Shown: in pieces, positions 42,743-53,660 of the stretch | Position numbering within the stretch: position 1 is the stretch's first letter | Layout of the letters: every line of letters begins with the position of its first letter | Assembly: GCA_037719925.1 (NCBI GenBank) | Contig: JBBJMD010000003.1 | Coordinates: 4,960 to 68,959 of the forward strand | Direction: 5' to 3' | Source of the DNA: Ferruginibacter sp. | GTDB taxonomy: Bacteria; Bacteroidota; Bacteroidia; Chitinophagales; Chitinophagaceae | Length of the DNA: 64,000 nt | Position numbers and translations under genes: made by a program | Notes under the pieces: model-generated | What the model was told of the DNA's origin: nothing | Seen by the model: only the letters and a program-made list of their open reading frames with translations | Database searches by the model: none

Positions 42743-44089
42743 ATGTATGCAATCGTAGATATAGAAACGACGGGCGGTTATGCTTCTGCTCACGGAATCA
42801 CGGAAATAGCCGTATACGTACATGATGGGAAAAGAATCATGAAACATTTTGAAACGCTGGTAAACCCTTACCAGAACATTCCTAAATATATCACTGCGCT
42901 CACCGGGATCGACAATTCGATGGTAGCATCCTCGCCGGGATTTAACGATATTGCCGGCACCTTGTTTGAACTACTGAATGAAAACATTTTCATTGCACAT
43001 AATGTAAATTTCGATTACTCATTTATCAGGCATCATTTAAAAGCTGCCGGTCTTGAACTAACCGCCAAAAAATTATGCACCGTAAGACTAAGCAGGAAAG
43101 TTTTTCCCGGCTTGCCTTCTTACAGTTTGGGAAATCTTTGCCGCTCACTTCAATTGCCTATCGAGAACCGGCACCGCGCAGGCGGTGATGCCAAAGCTAC
43201 CGTGAAACTATTTGAACTTTGTCTTGACAACGGAGGTGATAGCCATATTGAACTGATGCTTAAAAAAACATCCGCCGAACAATGGCTGCCAACCCAATTG
43301 TCCAAAACTGATATCCTGCAACTGCCTTCCGGGCCGGGGGTTTATTATTTTCATGATACAAAAGGCAAAGTAATTTATGTAGGTAAGGCGATAAATGTAC
43401 GAAAGAGGGTGAGCAGTCATTTTACACACAATGACGCGCAGGGGAAGAGACAGCATTTTTTACGTACCATCACTTAAAATAAGTTATAAGGAATGTGCCA
43501 CCGAGCTTGAAGCGCTGGTACTGGAAAGCACTGAGATAAAAAGATTATGGCCGAAATATAATTACAGTCAGAAACAACCTGCTCAGAAATTTGCGCTGTA
43601 CATGTTTGAAGATAACGGTGGCTATCTTCGCCTGGCCATTGACAGAAAGAAAAAAATCTTCCACAGCTGTATAGTTTTAATTTGTTGCATGAAGGGCTCG
43701 TTATGCTTAAAAAAATGATAACCGAATTCGGATTGCATGAAAAGTTATGCTTTATCGACAAAACGCCTTTTACTGACAACGACTATGCCCTGCTCGATTC
43801 ACCGCCGGTTTATAATGAAAAAATTGGTAAAGCTATACGGGCGCTTGAAGAAAATTTACCCACCTTCGCTGTTATGGACAACGGGTTAAAAAAAGAAGAG
43901 AAGCTTTGCCTTTTGGTAGAGCGCGGAAGCTTTTGGGGAATGGGTTATTTGCCATCATCTATGCAGGTCACCTGCTGCGCAGAACTCAAAAATATACTGG
44001 TGCCTTACACCGATAACGATACCATCCGCAACAGCATTTATTCCTTCGTTCAACAAAATCCCGGGAAGAAGTATGCATTAGCAGTATAG
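42743..44089 (+). CDS. DEDDh (DnaQ-like) exonuclease fused to a UvrC-like GIY-YIG domain, two frameshifts (~43474, ~43655)
   Basis: VDIETTG, AHNVNFD, HRAGGDA, then GPGVYYF...IYVGKA. Three collinear ORF pieces. Confidence 0.85.
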
Positions 44090-44282
44090 TGCTCCAATAT
44101 CGAACATAACCGTGTTGATGGCAGTAAATGATTGTCAATGGTTTCAATATTTAATTACGCACGGATATTCATGCATGACCTTTATCCTATCCGGATCGAA
44201 ATCTACCTTACGGTTTTTTTTAATCTTTGAAAATTTTTTTATTCATTGCCCCACCCTAATTTCGCAACCCAAATTAAAAACT

Positions 44283-46531
44283 ATGCCTGACGTTGCACAA
44301 CCCATCGCTCATAAATTAAATATAAGAATACAACAGGTTGCGGCGGTCTTGAACCTATTGGAAGAAGGCGGTACTGTACCCTTTATTGCACGCTACCGCA
44401 AGATAGAACCAGCGGATTGGATGAAGTGCAGATCGGGCAAATACAGGATGAAGCTAAATTTCTAAAACAATTTACCGAGCGAAAATTATTTATAGAAAAA
44501 GCCATTTCAGAACAGGATAAAATGACCGTGGCTGTGCAGGCTAAAATTGATAGCGCCACAACGATGGCTGAGTTAGAAGATATTTATCTCCCCTTTAAGC
44601 CGAAAAGAAAGACCAGGGGGCAAACCGCAAGGAAAATGGCTCGAACCGCTTGCAAACCTCTTACTGGAACAGCGGGAAATGGCCCTTATTTCTGAGGCAG
44701 CAAAATTCGTAAATGAAACAGTAATGGATGCGGAAGCGGCCTTGCAGGGCGCCAGGGATATTATTGCGGAATTGGTCAATGAAGATTTACAGGTACGTAC
44801 CAGGTTGCGAAGATTGTTCGGGAGCGAGGCCACCCTGCAGAGCAAAGTAGTTACTGGTAAAGAAACGGAAGCCGTCAAATACAAAGATTATTTTGATTTT
44901 TCGGAGCGGATAGATAAAATACCTTCTCACCGGATATTGGCAGTACTTCGTGGATTTTTAGAAGGTTTTTTACGCATTGCCATTGCTCCTGCAGAGGAGG
45001 GACCACTCGAAATAATAGAAGGCCTGTATCTGAAAGGCATAAGCCCTGCTGCTGAGCAGCTGAAGAAGGCAATAAAGGATGCCTACCGCAGGTTGCTGCA
45101 ACCCAGCCTGGAAACAGAATTCCGGACGCTTTTAAAAGCAAAAGGCGATGAGGATGCCATCAACGTATTTGCGGAAAATTTGCGGCAGTTGTTGCTGAGC
45201 CCGCCCCTGGGCAGTAAAAAGGTACTGGCGATCGATCCCGGTTACCGCACGGGGTGCAAAGTAGTATGCCTTGATGAGAAAGGAGCGTTGCAGAAAACCG
45301 AACTGGTCTTTCCCCATGAAGCGAACAGGTTGGCCGCGGAAGAAATAAAAATTAAAAACCTGGTGCAGCAATACGGCATAGAAATATTCGCCATCGGCGA
45401 TGGTACGGCGGGGAGGGAAACCGAGCAGTTCATTAAAAAGCTTAACCTGGGCTTGCCTGTCTTTTTGGTAAACGAAGACGGCGCATCTATCTATTCTGCT
45501 TCAGAGATTGGGCGGGAAGAATTTCCTGATGAAGATATTACCGTACGCGGTGCCGTAAGTATCGGCAGGAGGCTGATGGATCCACTCGCCGAACTGGTGA
45601 AACTTGATCCTAAAAGTATCGGTGTTGGCCAGTACCAGCATGATGTTAACCAGTACAGGCTTAAAGAGCGTTTAGACGCTACCGTTATCAGCTGTGTAAA
45701 TAATGTAGGCGTTAATTTAAATACTGCAAGCAAGCACCTGTTAAGCTACGTGAGTGGCATTGGCAGTACACTGGCGGATAATATTGTTAAGTATAGAAAC
45801 GAGACGGGAAAATTTAGCAGCCGCAGCCAATTGTTGAACGTTCCGAGACTGGGTGCCAAGGCCTATGAGCAATGTGCCGGTTTTTTACGAATCAAGGATG
45901 GGGAGCAGCCTTTGGATCAAAGTGCAGTACACCCGGAAGCTTACCCGCTTGTGGAAGCTATGGCAAAGGACCTGGGCGTGGATGTAAATACCCTGGTAGG
46001 CAAAGAGGAGGTGTTGAAAAAAGTGGATGTAAAAAAGTATGTTACCACCGGGATCGGACACCTCACCATTAAGGATATAATCAATGAACTTCGAAAACCG
46101 GACTCGATCCAGGAGGAGGCCAGCCATTTGAGTTCGCGAACATTTACTCCATTGCGGAGGTAAAAGCAGGGATGGAGGTGCCCGGCGTAGTTACCAATAT
46201 CACAAGATTTGGCGCTTTTGTGGATATTGGCGTAAAGCAGGACGGGCTGGTGCATGTATCAGAGATCTCGCACACCTATATCAGCGACCCGAATGAAGCA
46301 TTAAAACTTAACCAGCATGTCTTTGTAAAAGTTGTGAACGTGGATACTGTCCGTAAGCGAATCGCATTATCCATTAAACAGGCCCAGCCTTTGCCAGCAA
46401 AAAAGCAATCTTCCGTAAAACCGTTTAATCCCGGGAAGTTTGATCCTGCTAAACTTACATCCAGCAAACAGGTTACCGAACCCGGTATGAATGATGCACT
46501 GGCAGCCCTTAAGCAAAAATTTGGTAATTGA
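44283..46531 (+). CDS. tex: Tex family transcription accessory protein, several frameshifts
   Basis: GTVPFIARYRK, DPGYRTGCK, EDGASIYSAS, SIGVGQYQHD, and a C-terminal S1 domain (FGAFVDIGVKQDGLVH). Breaks at ~44400, ~44635, ~46100-46125. Confidence 0.9.
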
Positions 46532-46785
46532 TTTATTTATCAACTAAGAATAGGCGCTTATTTTACGGGTAAATCTTTAAACTGTTATTTTCTGCCCTGT
46601 ACCAAAAGGGTACTCACGTCCTATCCCGCCACATAAATTGTTTTCATTTGCAGGCTTTGACAATTTTGCAAATATCCTTCACCAATTTTCTTAAACGGCT
46701 GTTCCTCAAAAACACGATTAAGTCTTCAATAGTTGTTGATGAGTGCTGCCTATCCCTTGGATTTGAAATGATTTTTAAGCGACAA

Positions 46786-47426
46786 TCATACATTCTCTGC
46801 AAGCAGCGCCATAAAATTTTTCCGATGAATCATCCGTGCGCCGAGGCTTTCAAGGTGGGGCGTGTATACCTGGCAATCTATTAAGGTAACACCTTCCTTT
46901 TGTAGCTGGCGTACGTACTTAATAAAGGCAAACTTGCTTGCATTGCTTGCTTTACTGAACATACTTTCTCCAAAGAAGGTATTGCCGATCCTTATTCCAT
47001 ACAACCCGCCTGCCAATTCCCCGTTTAACCAGGCTTCTGCACTGTGGGCATGTCCACGCTGGTGCAATTGTGTATATGCCTCCTGTATAGCAGGCGATAT
47101 CCAGGTGCCTGCCTGGTTTTTCCGGTAAGCTGTTTTGCATTGCCGGATCACCTGTGGAAATGCACGGTTGATGGTGAACCGGAATTTACCATTATTCAAA
47201 ACCGTTTGCATGCTCTTACTTACTTTCAATTCGGGAGGAAACAAAACAAAACGAGGGTCGGGGCTCCACCATAATATCGGTTCTCCCTCTTCATACCACG
47301 GGAAGATGCCACTGCTGTACGCGAGCAATAATCTTTCGATGCCGAGGTTGCCTCCAATAGCAAGGATGCCCTCTTTATTCGCCTGATCAACCGGGGAAAA
47401 ACCAGGTCTTCATTAAGCCAGACCAT
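46786..47426 (-). CDS. aat: leucyl/phenylalanyl-tRNA--protein transferase, frameshift near 47395
   Basis: AYSSGIFPW, WWSPDPR, GGLYG, FFGESMF, DCQV. N-terminus MVWLNEDLVFP rejoins with one extra C. Confidence 0.92.
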
Positions 47427-47779
47427 TTTGTAAATAAATTTGTATAACGCGCACCAGGAAACGGATAGATGCTGGTTCAATTCCTTTCTACGCGCCGGTA
47501 AAAGTACCACAAAGGTATGCGGTTGAAGTGTGCGACGCAACAATGCTGATTTGAAACACAAATGCCGGGACAAAAAATCACCCGGCACCCCATAACCGGA
47601 CCAGGATTATTATTGAGAACCGGCAGGAGCCGTTGGTAAGGCGAAATATTCTTCTGCCGGGCAGATATCAGCATTCCGGTTTATTCTGCAATAGTTGTTA
47701 GTTGCAAACTTGCATGAAAACAATTCCGGAAAAGGGATATTAATTTCAGTGAAGTAGCGGGGATTGCAAACGGGTACGG

Positions 47780-48073
47780 CTAACTGGCAATAACTTCAAT
47801 GGTAGCACCTATCCCACGATCCGTAATTGCATCGCACATGGGTTTCAACATTTCATAGGAACCTTCTTTTACGGCATATTTGCCCTTGCTGTCGATGATA
47901 ATAGCGCATTGTTCCGCCTGTTCCTGTGTATGGCCGCAAATTTCAATAAGCGTCTCTATTACCCATTCAAAAGTATTTACCTCGTCGTTCCAGACAATAA
48001 GGGTACAGGTCTCTTCTGTAACCGTAAGCGTATCGCTTTCTTCTTTATATTTTGTATCGGAATATGCTGCCAT
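47780..48073 (-). CDS. clpS: ATP-dependent Clp protease adaptor
   Basis: LIVWNDEVNTFEWVI...QAEQCA...GKYAVK. Start at MAAYS. Confidence 0.9.
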   Translation of the reverse strand: MAAYSDTKYKEESDTLTVTEETCTLIVWNDEVNTFEWVIETLIEICGHTQEQAEQCAIIIDSKGKYAVKEGSYEMLKPMCDAITDRGIGATIEVIAS

Positions 48074-48201
48074 TGTCGTAATAGGATACAAAAATAAGAT
48101 GATTTTTGAAGCAATGGACATGTGAAGCAACATTTTAAACATTCTCCTTGTCCTGATTGATTACTAAGCAATTACCTTAAAGCCTTTACGCCACTTGCCA
48201 A

Positions 48202-50235
48202 ATGCTGCGAATTAACAGAAAAAAGAAGGAGAGCGCAAACCCGTCACCTTCCTCAAAACTACAGGCAGTGGTTCTGCCCCTGCATTCGCCCAGCCGTAGC
48301 CTGGTGTACCTGGCTGACCTGATCAGCAAGATACGCCCTGATAATGCCTCCGATACTATCCAGGCCGAACTCCGGTTCAAAGCATTGTTATACCAGCTTA
48401 GCCAGGACAGGACCTCTCTTTTCAGCCTGCGAAAATCGCTGCTTACTCAATTTTTAAAGACGAACATCGTAATTGCGCTTACTGAAAATGGTATTGTGAG
48501 CAGCCGCGGCCTGCTGCAGGAATTACTGGGTAAAATCAAACACAAGGTCCTTCCGGAGCTACAGGCACCTGATAATTTCCTGTATGTGATCAATAAGATT
48601 TTTTTCAGGCAGTCGGATCATAAATGGGTAGAAGCTATCGATAAGCAGTTATGGATACAATTTTTTGAAGGATTGGGGATACAGATTAACCTTACAGAAC
48701 CAGCACTGATACACCAGTTGCAAAAGGCTTTGCAACTACTAAGTTACCGGATCACTACCCTGGGCCTGGAGAAAGAGATCACCCTCCGGTATGACGATCC
48801 TGAAGATGCAATATTTCCTTTCCTTGAGCAAAACAGGTTAGTAAATGAATATTTGTTCCGCGATAAATCAGGGCTGGATGAATCCTCAAAAAGTATTCTT
48901 CTTGCCAATATCAGCGAAGCCTTACACAACTGTAACCAGAGTATGCAGTGGATAAGGGACCAGCGCGTGGTTTATGGCACCAGCCTGGCGCAGACCTATA
49001 TTTTAACCCGCTTACAGCAACAGATCGACCGGCAATTCATTATCCTGGATGTGCTTGATACGGACAGTAATTTTAATACGGAGCGTTTTGTTGAATATTT
49101 TAAAACGGTAGTGCACAATGAAAACCGGAAAAATTCAATAAAAGAATTTCTCAGTGAAAATACGAGTTACCTGGCATACCAGATTGCGGAGCATGGAGGA
49201 AGAACCGGGGAGAAGTTTATCAGTACAACAAAACGGGAGTTCTGGCGCATGTTCCAGCGTGCGCTCGGCGGCGGCACCATTATTTCCTTTATTGGCATTA
49301 TTAAGAACCTGCTGGATAAAATGGGGTTGGCTGCGTTCTGGCAAGGCTTTCTATACAGCGCGAATTATTCACTTGGCTTTATTTTAATACAGGATACCGG
49401 TTCAACTTTAGCCACCAAGCAACCTGCTTACACAGCCAATAATGTTGCAAGTTCTTTTGATGCGCAAAAGGTAGGCGAAGAACCCGATCTCCGGAACCTC
49501 GCCATCACCATTGCAAAAGTAAGCAGAACACAACTTGCGTCATTTACAGGCAACCTGGTCGTAGTTTTTCCATTAACTTATTTGCTTGCCTGGCTTTTTT
49601 TTAATGCCACGGGAACGATGATCGCTTCAGGTGCAGGAGCACAAAAATTACTCACCGATCAACAGCCTTTTCATTCAATGGCATTGTTTTATGCCTGTTT
49701 TACCGGTTTCTTTTTATTTCTGAGCGGTCTCATTGCGGGTTACGTGGAAAATTATGTGGTGTATGGTAAAATAGCCGACCGGCTACGCAATGTCTCTTCT
49801 TTCAAAAAGAATTTTAACGAGAAAAAAAGGTATCGGATCATCCATTACCTCGAAAATAATTTAGGCTCATTGATAGGTAATATTTCGCTGGGTTTTTTTT
49901 TAGGTATGTCCGGGTTCATAGGAAAAACATTTGCCATCCCTTTTGATATCCGCCACATTACCATCTCTGCGGCAAACACCGCCATAGGCTTTTTTGGATT
50001 AAACCATAAGGTAACCCCTTTCGAAATATGGTACACCCTGGCAGGTGTTGCCGCTATTGGTTTTTTAAACTTTGCTGTAAGTTTCGGATTCGCTTTCATA
50101 GTAGCAGTTAAAAGCCGTGGTATACATTTAAAGGATTACACACAATTTGCCGGTATCCTGTGGAAGTATGCCAGGAAATATCCGGGTGATTTCTTCAAAG
50201 CGCCCCACACAAGAATAGCTGCCCAGCTGGACTAA
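48202..50235 (+). CDS. Gcr / 'site-specific recombinase' family polytopic membrane protein
   Basis: Family motifs GTSL, TGE.FI, TLATKQPA, DIRHIT, LNFAVSF. C-terminal half is multi-TM. Confidence 0.7.
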   Translation: MLRINRKKKESANPSPSSKLQAVVLPLHSPSRSLVYLADLISKIRPDNASDTIQAELRFKALLYQLSQDRTSLFSLRKSLLTQFLKTNIVIALTENGIVSSRGLLQELLGKIKHKVLPELQAPDNFLYVINKIFFRQSDHKWVEAIDKQLWIQFFEGLGIQINLTEPALIHQLQKALQLLSYRITTLGLEKEITLRYDDPEDAIFPFLEQNRLVNEYLFRDKSGLDESSKSILLANISEALHNCNQSMQWIRDQRVVYGTSLAQTYILTRLQQQIDRQFIILDVLDTDSNFNTERFVEYFKTVVHNENRKNSIKEFLSENTSYLAYQIAEHGGRTGEKFISTTKREFWRMFQRALGGGTIISFIGIIKNLLDKMGLAAFWQGFLYSANYSLGFILIQDTGSTLATKQPAYTANNVASSFDAQKVGEEPDLRNLAITIAKVSRTQLASFTGNLVVVFPLTYLLAWLFFNATGTMIASGAGAQKLLTDQQPFHSMALFYACFTGFFLFLSGLIAGYVENYVVYGKIADRLRNVSSFKKNFNEKKRYRIIHYLENNLGSLIGNISLGFFLGMSGFIGKTFAIPFDIRHITISAANTAIGFFGLNHKVTPFEIWYTLAGVAAIGFLNFAVSFGFAFIVAVKSRGIHLKDYTQFAGILWKYARKYPGDFFKAPHTRIAAQLD

Positions 50236-50345
50236 ATAATTACCGTGTTGTTGCTCATCAGTAAAATTTATTGATAGCCACATAATATTTTTCTTAATTT
50301 GATGGCATATAGTTTGTACCCGTGTCTATACTTTAACTTATAAAC

Positions 50346-52034
50346 ATGGATACCAAAATCTACACTTGCTTCCCTCGTGCTTTCTCTTGCTTTCTTATTA
50401 TTGGTTTGTGCAGTATGCTTACAAAAAATGCATACGCGCAGCCCGTTCTGTCTTTAACTCCTGTGATTGAAACAGGCCTGAGTTCGCCCGTTCAATTTGT
50501 AAATGCAGGGGATGGGTCTAACCGTGTTTTTATCGTACAGCAGGGAGGAACGATCCGCGCATACGATGCTTCTTTTAATTTCCTCTCCGTGTTTCTTACA
50601 GTTTCTGATGTAAATTTTAATGGGGAAAGAGGGTTGCTGAGTATGGCTTTTCACCCTGCTTATGAAACAAATGGATTATTTTATGTTTATTATGTGAATG
50701 GTGCAGGCAGCCTCGAAGTCGCAAGATACCAGGTAAGCAATGACCCTAATATGGCTAATGCCGCATCAAAAGTTATATTAATCACCATACCCCATCCAAC
50801 TTACGCAAATCATAATGGAGGTGAACTTCATTTTGGCAATGATGGTTTTCTTTATTTAACCACCGGTGATGGTGGTGGGGGAGGAGATGTTGCCAATAAT
50901 GCTCAGAATACGGCCGTGTTGCTTGGAAAAATGCTGCGCTTCAATGTAAACACATCTGCTGTTGCGCCTTATTACACGATTCCGGCTGGTAACCCATACG
51001 GAAATGAAATATTTGACCTCGGCCTGCGCAATCCCTACCGCTGGAGCTTTGACCGTTTGACCAATGATATCTGGATAGGTGATGTAGGCCAGGATTCATT
51101 TGAGGAAATCAACTTCCGGACCGCCGGAACAACAGGCGGTACAAATTATGGCTGGCGGTGTTATGAAGGAGATGCTCCGTTCAACACTGCTGGTTGCGGT
51201 GCTATAGGCAATTATTTGTTCCCGGCATATGCTTACACTTCACAAAATCCTGCAGCTGCAATTACCGGTGGAATCGTTTATAGGGGAACAAATTACCCAT
51301 CGATCCAGGGGTATAATATCAGCGCCGATTTTTATTCCGGCGTGTTTTACCTGACTGTTTCCAATGGAGCCGGGGGTTTCACTACAACCACACAAACCCT
51401 TACTCCTTCCGGTGTTGTAGATTTTGGCGAAACTGAAAACGGTGAAGCCTATGTTGTATCGCTTACGGCATCTGCTGTATATCATCTTGCATCCGGAACA
51501 GTACCGGTAACTTTTGTGGGATTAACCGGTGCATTGACAAGCGGGGGAGTAAATTTAAACTGGCAGACTTCCATGGAAGAAAATATGAAGCAGTTTGACA
51601 TTGAATACAGTATAAACGGCACGTCTTTTACAAAGGTTGGGGCTGTCAATGCGAGGAATACTTCCCTGGGATCTGCATATACTTTCCTTCATGCCGTCAA
51701 TAACGGGGGGGCCGTTTTTTACAGGTTAAAAATTATAGATCTTGACGGATCATTTTCCTATTCCAGCATAGTTCGGGTGGCATTAAAAGTCAATGGTCAA
51801 AACTTTATTGTTCCTTCCGTAATATCCAATGGGATCATGAATGTTAACCTTGCCGGAAAGGGATATAATTCCCTAGAATTGGTCAACATGAATGGAACAG
51901 TGTTGCTGCAAAAAAATATTTCAGGCCAGTTTGGGCAGATAAAAATATCCCTGGGCAGTTTGGCCACGGGTGTTTATACAGTAAGGGTTTCAGGCGATGC
52001 ATCCACCGTAGTTGAAAAAATATTTATCCAATAA
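50346..52034 (+). CDS. PQQ-dependent sugar dehydrogenase (GSDH beta-propeller) with T9SS C-terminal sorting domain
   Basis: GERGLL, NHNGG, GDGG, GLRNPYR, DVGQ, NYGW; Ig-like domain and CTD ending LATGVYTVRV...KIFIQ. Confidence 0.88.
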   Translation: MDTKIYTCFPRAFSCFLIIGLCSMLTKNAYAQPVLSLTPVIETGLSSPVQFVNAGDGSNRVFIVQQGGTIRAYDASFNFLSVFLTVSDVNFNGERGLLSMAFHPAYETNGLFYVYYVNGAGSLEVARYQVSNDPNMANAASKVILITIPHPTYANHNGGELHFGNDGFLYLTTGDGGGGGDVANNAQNTAVLLGKMLRFNVNTSAVAPYYTIPAGNPYGNEIFDLGLRNPYRWSFDRLTNDIWIGDVGQDSFEEINFRTAGTTGGTNYGWRCYEGDAPFNTAGCGAIGNYLFPAYAYTSQNPAAAITGGIVYRGTNYPSIQGYNISADFYSGVFYLTVSNGAGGFTTTTQTLTPSGVVDFGETENGEAYVVSLTASAVYHLASGTVPVTFVGLTGALTSGGVNLNWQTSMEENMKQFDIEYSINGTSFTKVGAVNARNTSLGSAYTFLHAVNNGGAVFYRLKIIDLDGSFSYSSIVRVALKVNGQNFIVPSVISNGIMNVNLAGKGYNSLELVNMNGTVLLQKNISGQFGQIKISLGSLATGVYTVRVSGDASTVVEKIFIQ

Positions 52035-52329
52035 AAAAAACTAGCGCTACAGTTTCACACATTAAACAGGATAAAAAGCAGTATATTTTTGCGAAGCAGG
52101 TAGTAGTGCGAAAATGTAGCTGTATTCAAATGAGGGCGATGAATACCCCTGAAGCTTTAAAGGGTTTTTGAAATATTGAGCTGCCGTATTTGCGTTCGTT
52201 ACTGCTTACTGTTATTTGATTCTATAGCGGTAATTGCCTGTTGCTTATGGTTACGTAGGCAGAACACAATATTCCTGTCAGCAGGAATTTATTGTTTGGT
52301 TAAATTCCTGCCAGGTAAAGTACCAAATT

Positions 52330-53544
52330 TATTTTTTCATGCCGCTCACACGGATAGTCCATGGTTGAATTCCGGGAGAGTTCCTCCAGGGTTATCAAGG
52401 TAAAAATAGGCGGTAGAAGAAACATCATCAGAGCGATAAAAATTTGCAAAACCTTCAGGTAAACCCTTCCTGTCGAGTTGCAAAATATTGTCCTTTTGAT
52501 ACAAGCGATGGATTTTTGTAAGATCGTCAATCGCAACCGGTATTATCGGTACCTGTTGCTACTGCAATTCAAATTATCTTTTCTTTACGGTTGCCTCCCA
52601 TTTGTTGAATGGTAACCCTGCAACCCGTTTTAAAGTATATCGGATCCGGATCATGGTAGCGGTAAAAAGCCCAGGCAACCTAACCTCTGTATGCGAGCAG
52701 GCAACCCGCATAATCATAAACAAATTCACCCTGTCCCCATGAGGTTCCGATATAGTCCTAGGTGCCTGTTCCCGCTAAAGTGGGGAATTCTTTATCGCCA
52801 TCAATATACATTTTTACTTCACCCTATCCCCACCAGGTCTCTTTGTACACCGGGTTTGTATTTACACCTATGTTTACGTCAAGGAATCTGCCCTTGCCTT
52901 TAAGCGGGGGCAACAATTCAAAATCTTTCGCCAGCGTAGTGGCTGTATCCCTGTTCCAATAACTGTAGAAATATAAATAGGCGGGATTCCACACCGCGAT
53001 CCTTTCAAAAATAATGTCAAAAAATATATGGCTCATTCTTTTCCCTGATTCATTTGTGACCTGGATCCGGGCGGATTTTTTAAAGGGCATTTGAATAAAG
53101 CATTGAAAAGACCTTCCTTCAGGATTGGCAAAAAAGATATTGTGGTAGGTGGCGGTTCTGCCAAGACCCCATACCAAAAAAATCACCAAATGGAACGGAC
53201 ACGGCGGGTTTCGCTGCATCATCCCAGAACATTTCAAGCTTCAGCGAACGCAACATCTGTGGCGAACGGTCATTAACGGTTGATCCAGATCCGGTTGATG
53301 ATCCCCTGGCCTTTTACGTCTAACAACACCTTTGTTTCTCCCGCAGCAATGGCATGGGAAGGATGTCCTATTGCCCCCTGGTTTTCCATCCCTCCTTTAC
53401 CTTTTCCGCCGTAATATTTTCGAAGCTACTCCAGCGTGGTGAACTATTAGTACCGAACTCATACAATTGTTTACCCGTGTGTATTTGCGCCTGCATTAAA
53501 AGCGGCCCCAACGCAATAGCAACAATTAAAATTTAGGTGCCCAT
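52330..53544 (-). pseudogene. GH172 (DUF2961) glycoside hydrolase pseudogene
   Basis: Motifs SSFEN, GIINRIW, PFGDFFG, QMPF, WWG*GE, GTGT*DY, FYRYH.PDP, DDVSSTAYFY. Disrupted by TAA, TAG and TGA stops plus frameshifts. 3' end approximate. Confidence 0.85.
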
Positions 53545-53660
53545 AACTGTTATATTTACCGGGAACGTTTTAAGTGTGGGATGACCAAAATATTTTGGAA
53601 AAGAACCTTAAGGTATTGATCTTAAATTTTTGTTTTATGCCAGGATCGGTTACCCCAATT

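Noticed and set aside
10559-44089. Genome-wide TAG reassignment, prompted by the GH172 ambers
   Set aside because: ftsY, bshC, the MFP, TolC and the exonuclease all end at TAG at plausible C-termini, so TAG is a normal stop.
44283-46531. tex and neighbours as real pseudogenes or programmed frameshifts
   Set aside because: Breaks are 1-nt indels, mostly in short homopolymers, with conserved residues intact, consistent with sequencing error.
48202-50235. Integrase marking the edge of a mobile island
   Set aside because: The protein is multi-TM with no recombinase catalytic motif, and I saw no att-like repeats.
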